From positions 45,572,001 to 45,632,000 of the forward strand of contig NC_087447.1 in the NCBI RefSeq assembly GCF_036321535.1: a stretch of DNA of 60,000 nucleotides. The letters run 5' to 3'. The notes beneath the pieces were generated by a model. The model worked only from the letters and a program-made list of their open reading frames with translations. It had not been told where the DNA came from and did not search any database. This DNA comes from Camelus dromedarius (Eukaryota). The position numbers and the translations under genes were made by a program. Of the stretch, positions 53,061 to 60,000 are shown in pieces (position 1 is the first letter of the stretch; the number at the start of each line of letters is the position of its first letter).

Positions 53061-54053
53061 TTTTCTCTAACTCTCCTTTATATCCTAGCAAGCCTTGCTT
53101 CATTGCCCTTAGGGCCAAGTAATCTAATAGAGCCTAGGCATTTAATAAGTGAAGCAGTAGTGGATGACTGTGTAAAATGGAAAGTGATAGTCCCATTATA
53201 AAAAGAGATCTTTGCCAAGATGTCTGGAAGAACCTTAGGTATTGCAGGCTTGATCCTGAGAACCATGCGCAATTTGGCCTTGACCACAAACCAACTCAGT
53301 TATTTGTTAGTTCTGAGGTAATCCTAGATACTATGTTCATTCAGAGCCCTCTCAGCAAGTGACTGGAAGTTTTAAATCTGTAGGTTAGTGGCAGGGCAAA
53401 AGGACAAGGTTCCTTTGCTGTTAGCACTTAATTCTGAGATATTTTCCTAATTCAATTTAATGTAGCATTAATAAAGTAGTGATTTTGCCTATTTTATTTG
53501 CTTTTCTATATACCAGTGTTTTTAATGTGTCTAGTAGGTAAAGGTGAATAAATGTTTGTTGAATGAATGCTAGTGATCTTTGTAATTTAATTTTCTGGAT
53601 AATGTTTTAGTTTCGCCTTTGGAGATCTTATAGTCAAGTTCAGAGAGAACATTTCACATCTCAAAAACGACATGACAAGTAAGCTCAAATTTAGTGAAAT
53701 TAAGGATTTTAAGCATTAATGTTAAGCATTTCTATTAGACAATCAGAGTAGAATTTGGTCAGTTGTGGATGTCTTTGTTTAGAATCAGATTATTAATACA
53801 AAAGAATACTGTTAAAATATTGACTTTGTGAATTATTGATTCTGTAGCACAGAGTACATAATATTAGATATTATCCTTTTTGCCTTAACTATTTTTTCCT
53901 TCTCAGATTTTTTGGGTCATTTGTATGCAGACTTATATGCAGATAAATATACTTATTTTGACCTGAATATATCTTTATTTGTTGTTGTTTAGCAGAGATA
54001 TTCCATATTAGAAATAGATCTCAAAATTAATAATGGATAAATCTAAATTCTAA

Positions 54054-55001
54054 TTAATATACATTTTTTGATATTTTCTTGAAAATGTCTAGAAGGTGAG
54101 TGCGTATCTCATGGGTCTTGATGCAGTAGACCACTGGGTTGAGCACAGGAGGTACCAACAAGTAGACATAGCCCATGATGACATGAACCACAGGTGGAGC
54201 GTGCTTGCCAAAGCAGTGAATGATGGACACTCCCAACATGGGGATGTAGACCAGCAGCACAGTACAGATGTGGGAAACACAGGTATTAAGGGCCTTGACT
54301 CATTCTTCCTGGGAGGCAATACCCAGAACTGTGATCAGGATTTTCACATAGAAGAGCAGGATGAGCACAGAATCAACTCCAAATGTGATGATAATGACAG
54401 TGAGTCCTAAAATGCTGTTAATACTGTGGTCAGAGCAGGAAAGCTTAATAATATCTGGGTGTAGACAGTAGGAATGGGAAAGTTCATTGGCCTCACAAAA
54501 TTTAAGTTGCTTAATGAGGACAGGGGCTGGGATGAGGACAGTAATGGCCCTCAACACAAACCCTACAGAAATTTTCAAACTGGTAGAACCGTTCAGGATG
54601 GCAGTGTATCTGAGAGGATTGGATATGGCTACATAGCGGTCAAAAGCCATAGACAGTAGAATACCTGACTCCATCATGGAGAAGATGTGGATAAAGTACA
54701 TCTGGGCAAGGCATGCATCAAAGTTTATTTCACGAGCATTGAACAAGAAAAGCTTAAGTATTGTGGGTAAGGTGGTGGCACAGAGGCCCAGGTCACTGAC
54801 TGCCAGCATGGACAGAAAGAAATATATGGGTTCATGAAGTGATTGTTCCACCCAAATTACTATCAAGATGCTGCTATTACCAAAAATAGCAATTAGATAT
54901 AAGACACAGAAGAGAATAGAAATGTGAGGATGATAAGCTTCCAAGCCAGAGAAACCAGAAAGCAGCAAAGGTTGGAAATTACTGCTGTTGAAAAGTCTCA
55001 T
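54054..55001 (-). pseudogene. Class I olfactory receptor, OR51 family, single in-frame stop; close paralog of the OR at 6921
   Basis: ATG at 55001 (MRLFNSSNFQPLLLSGF), MAFDRYVAISNPLRY, LSHSYCLHPDIIKLSCSDH, QEE*VKALNTCVSH with TGA at 54300-54302, PPVLNPVVYCIKTHEIR. 948-nt frame. Acceptor AG at 55034-55033. Confidence 0.95.
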
Positions 55002-58000
55002 AATTGATGTGCTCAATTACTAAATCTTCATCCTGAAAATGACAAAGAATAGGCTATTACATTATTATAATAATTATCAAAAACAAAATTTCTCTTCTTT
55101 TTCTCTCATTTGTTCTACTGCCTTACCCTGATTATTTATAACCAGTTTATAATTACATCCATACAGTAATCAGTCATTTGACTCCAGAAATAAGCATTGG
55201 TTTTTAGAAACATTGAGTAAACATAAGCACAAATCACAATTTTCAGTTTTGACTATGTGATCCTCCTTAATAAACCTATGTTGGATAATAGACATATATT
55301 GCACTATGTATTTAAAGTACTGGCAAGAAATGCTGTTTGACTTATTTTCCACAGCACACTGAGTCACACATATTAGAAAAAAAAAATCAACTAACACAAA
55401 CTCCAAAAGAATATTAGTAAAATTAATCTGTAAACAGAGAACATTAAAAATTAAAAAATGAAGAAATTATAGCTAGCCATACTTGAAACATATATTTTTT
55501 CTGACTATAAATTTAAAGTCTATTATTTATAAAAGATAGAAGACTAATGAATATAGAGAAATAATTTAAGAATAAAAATAGGTAAGTAAACTATTTTATT
55601 GCATATTTTTAATTTATATGTTCATTTATGTATGCTTAAATCTTATTCGTTTGACAATATGGGCACATTCTAAGTAATCAATTATGTTTTAAATGTTTTA
55701 TGATATTATATGATTGTACCCTGACTAAATAATCTAATCTTTTTATAAGGACAAAAATACATAAGGAAGAATACAATGAGAAGTGACTGTACGTCTTTGG
55801 AGAAACAAAATTACTTTTGTTGAAAAATATATGTTTAAATTAAAAGAAGGCTGTCAAAATTTTGAAAGTTATAATGGAAGTTGTAATTGAGGGATAATTT
55901 CTTCTCAAATATATATTTTATTTGGTTTGTGAATGATGTTCATGTACTGAATCTTTTTTTCCCATACTCTATAAACTACCTTGCTAAGTTTTATTTGTGT
56001 GTGTGTGTGTCTTACCTACCTGACAAACCTAATCTTGTATGAAACTCAAATATGTATATTCTCCATATATACTTGCTGCACACTATGGCAGAAAAACTGC
56101 ATTAGCTGGAAGATTCACCAAACTCAATTTTCAAAGTAAATCTATTTTTTTTAATTTACTGTATTTTTGATTTTGTGCAATTACTAATAAAAATCCTTAA
56201 CTATTCTTAAAGTCTTTCCCCTCCTTCTTTTTTCTCTTGCCTACTGCTTTGATACCAACTTCAAAGAGGTATCAGAGGAAAAGAGAAGGAACTACAACTT
56301 CAGCTTATCAAATCTACTATGTACTTACATCATTTTTTCCTTCACTGCTGGTGAACAAATGGCTAAATATAGAACTCCCAATCACAATTAAAAATTAGTA
56401 GCATGACAAAGTGAATTGAAAATACATCTATAAGAATTAAAAATAGTGTGGGGCTACATCAGTTTGGGAAAAAAAAGCGTAGTACTGTCCTTTCAACATT
56501 TCTTTATGATATTTGGATAGTAAAATAAAATACTGGACCAAAAATTAACACAGTAGATGAAGCATTAGTTATTCCTGAATTCAACTGTAATTGGAAATTT
56601 TAAGATAATTCAAATGTAGTTAGAAATTGTTGAGTGAGTTCATATATAATATAGCAAACATCACAACCGATTGTTGTGGAGAATAATTGATAGTGGAAAA
56701 GTTATCTAATATTTGAAAAAAAAATCCCTTCAGAGTTTCAGTTTACACAGTTGGTCCAATTTCAGATAAAGAGATGAATTCAGTATCAAATGCAAAAAAG
56801 TGGAAAAAAATGGAATATAATAGCAATGATAAAGCTATAAAAGTAATAAAGATGTTGCTAACATTGACAATAAAGAATCCAGTGACAGAAGTTTCATGAA
56901 CAGTGCTTCCAGATGAAGATGGGAAGAAATTAGTCATGTCATAATCATCTGTAGCCAGCTTAAAAGTTTATATAATAAAAATAAAATAAAAAGCACATGA
57001 TCCTGCGACAGAAGAAATCAAAATAAACAAACTCACAGGCCACAGTAATTTATTTCATCGATAATAAAAGACAAAAATTTTCATCTTTCATGATGATAAT
57101 TATAAGCTCAAAGAGTATTCCGCGTCAATAGCAACTACCAGTGGACACTAAGTTGTTTTGATTTTGTGGTCCTAATTGGTTTTGAGGTTTCTTTAGAGAA
57201 AATTGAGAGTACCTTAAGCAGTGTAATTTCCCATGTCTGTTTGATGGATGGCAGAACGGAAAATGATGGTATGAGTTCACGCCCAAATCTTCTTTTTTAA
57301 GTAATGCTTTAGTGACAAGGGCTATATGTTTTTAGTGTATATTGGTGAAGTGTATTTTTGTATGTGAAAGAGTTTATGCATTACGTAGTCAACAAAGTCT
57401 GTAAACTCACCGGACAGAATCTCTTAAGGCCTGAGTGTCACAAAGGAATCATGCCAAATGAACCATGATTTATATAATTGAGATTCCCCAATCCTGTGTT
57501 TCAGGTTAACAATCTGGAATAAATTTCCCAAATGGCAATTTTATGCTTGTTCATCTGGAATGAGTTGCTCCTTTTCTGAATAGGAGCATCTCTAAGCCAT
57601 GGAATAAAGATATCTGCAGTATCATAGATAGATTATAAAAAGGTGTGTTGATGAAAGATGCATAATTTAATGCCGTTTATATGTTAAAATACAATCGTAT
57701 TAAACAGTACACCTTTGGCAAAACCACATACAAAGATACAAATAAATGCATTGCAGATTGTGGCCTGATGGATACAGTGCCACATAGTGTTTCTTCCAAA
57801 ACAGTACACTTTTGAGTGTGAAAGAAGACACTAGGAATAACCAGTAATTAGAATTTCTCTGTCAACAGGAGAGAAGAAAGGACTGGGATATATAGATACA
57901 TGTAAATAAATAAACAAACAAGTTAAATAAGTAAATAGTAAAAGAGAGGGACCTTGCATAGATCAATGTTAATAAGCCAGGAACTGATATTTGTTATAAG

Positions 58001-58735
58001 TCACCCCTCTATACCCAAGATGAAAACAATATTTTATGCTGAAATGAGCCCTGTAATTGGATACAAAATGTTTTTGTTTACTCTTAGTTCTATTTTGTTA
58101 TGTCTGTTTTCTGTTCAACAGGTTACTCTCTCATCTTTAATATACTTAATATGTAAAATCAGATAATATTTTCAATAATATAATATACTTGAATGTATAC
58201 TTTGTATCTGGCATCTTTTTGGTACTTAGTACATATGTTTGAGTAAAGTAATAAATATACCACATGTGAGAAAATAATTCTTAGACAATGGATAATAATA
58301 GCTTATTATAAATATGGGTTTGATGACTACACAGAAGAATCTGGTACTTAGGAAGTTATTGAGTTGTGTCTATATGATATTGATATTTTCACTCCTGTTA
58401 GTATTAACAGTTTGCATAATAGCAAAACCAATTCAAGTCCTCAGTTCCAATAAAGTTCCAATAAGCCTCAGATACCATTTAGGATTTCTGAATAGTTCAG
58501 CAAAAGCTGCTCAAATTATGCTGAATTATTTTACATCCGGCTTCTAACTCTTGCTTCTGATCTGTCTTATATTCCTAGAGGCTGAAAGGTATCAATGCAG
58601 ATAGGTGACAGAATTTTATTACAAATGTTAAGTTATAATTAGGTGGTATTAGCATGAAGGATGTAAATAGTAATAGTTTTTCACCTTCCTAGAGGCTGCG
58701 TATCAATACAGCAATTAAAGTTTGTATGTAACATA

Positions 58736-59045
58736 CAGTCCTTCCCACTGTATCCTCCATGGATTGATTCTAGGACCCTTATGGATACAAAAATCCGCAG
58801 ATGCTCAAGTCCCTTACATAAAATGTCATAGTATTTGCATATAACCTATACATATCTTCCCATATACATTAAATTATCTCTGAATTATTTATAATACCTA
58901 ATACAATGTAAATGCTATGCATTGACAGCTTGCAGAAAATTTAAGTTTTGTTTTTTAAAGCTTTCTGGATTTTTTTTTTCCTGTTTTTGATCTGTGGTTG
59001 GTTAAATCCATAGATGTGGAACCTGTGAATATGGAGGGCCCACTG
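58736..59045 (+). mobile_element. MER2-like Tigger MITE
   Basis: TA|CAGTCCTTCCC...aaatccgcagatgctcaagtcccttacataaaatg...atggagggcccaCTG|TA, with terminal inverted repeats and a TA duplication. Confidence 0.85.
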
Positions 59046-60000
59046 TATTATTACTGACTCGAAGATACGGAATTTAATTTTAATATTAAATAGAAAAGCC
59101 AAATAGCAAAAATAGTAGTTTTAAACAAACATTTGTCATCTTTCTGAAGTAAGTAAACCTAACTGACTCTTCCTTTTATTTTAGGAAATCTACAATCTTC
59201 TTAAAAACAAACAACAAAGAAATAAATAAATGAGTCTCTCTTCTCTGAATCCCAGTGTCATCTTACACATCTGAGAAAACACTGTAAATTACCTTTATCT
59301 TTTTATGAAGAATTTTTGTCTTAATCCTGTTATCCAAACCAGTACAGCTCACTCCCTTTCCAGAACCATTCAAAACACAAAACAAAATGGTAGATACAAA
59401 TCTGAATGTATGAACCATTGCTTTGACTATAAAAGACTATTGTAAGTCTGGTATTACAAGGGTAACCACATATGGATTACAAGATGTATAAGAATGGATA
59501 TATTGAAAATAAAAGAATGAGAAAAGTTAACACTATACATTTATCAAAATAAATTTTGCAGTTTCATTAGTAAAAGATAAATGTTACTCATTATGATAAT
59601 ATGACTAGAGATAATAAGAGCTATTAATCATGAAGAAATTCTAATTAACAAAAAATTCATATTTTTAAAAACTTGTACATAGTTAATAATCACCTCAAAA
59701 CATTATGCATGTAAGTGTAGAAATAAACAAAGATCACCCAAATGAGAACAAACATAGGCTATTTATTTATATCTTGCTACAACAAGGATATCAGCCATCA
59801 ACACTTGCCTTTGGCAGAGAATCAAAGGTCATTTGGGGAGTAGGAAACCTTGTCTTGGTAAATAAAAGGGAAATCTTCAGGTATCCTCTTGATTGGAAGT
59901 TGTTGGCAAGAGGAAACCAGACGTGGCTGCCTAGACTAGGATCTGTTATATGATCAATTAGGGAAGCATATTTGGCTCTCTTTCATTGGGTCTCTTAGAT

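Noticed and set aside
7410..54302. Recoding (selenocysteine or editing) as an explanation for the repeated in-frame TGA codons
   Set aside because: The positions correspond to Arg or basic residues rather than Cys or Trp, the paralogs show CAA at the same sites, and no SECIS-like element was seen.
1..60000. CRISPR arrays, operons or other prokaryotic-type systems; specific OR gene symbols
   Set aside because: The sequence is clearly mammalian with no repeat-spacer array. OR subfamily orthology cannot be assigned reliably without a search.

Overview
AT-rich mammalian genomic DNA, most likely camelid (two tRNA-derived vic-1-like SINEs). It is part of a class I olfactory receptor cluster (OR51/OR52 families). 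There are six single-exon OR coding regions, and as given every one carries a lesion: five in-frame TGA stops at likely ancestral CGA codons, three 1-nt indels, and one missing ATG. The spacers hold L1, L2, MIR, MLT1/MLT2 LTRs, Tigger MITEs, microsatellites and a decayed ERV-L internal region (~42.9-48.5 kb). The most unusual element is a ~1.9-kb insertion (45152-47061) that splits the ERV-L pol gene. It is flanked by a ~15-bp target-site duplication at a TT/AAAA L1-endonuclease site and carries a CpG-rich, housekeeping-type, apparently bidirectional promoter with first exon(s) and unspliced intron of an unidentified gene. A 36-nt copy of OR coding sequence also sits 1.1 kb upstream of its source gene. 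Repeat family names come from recalled consensus sequences, not from a search.
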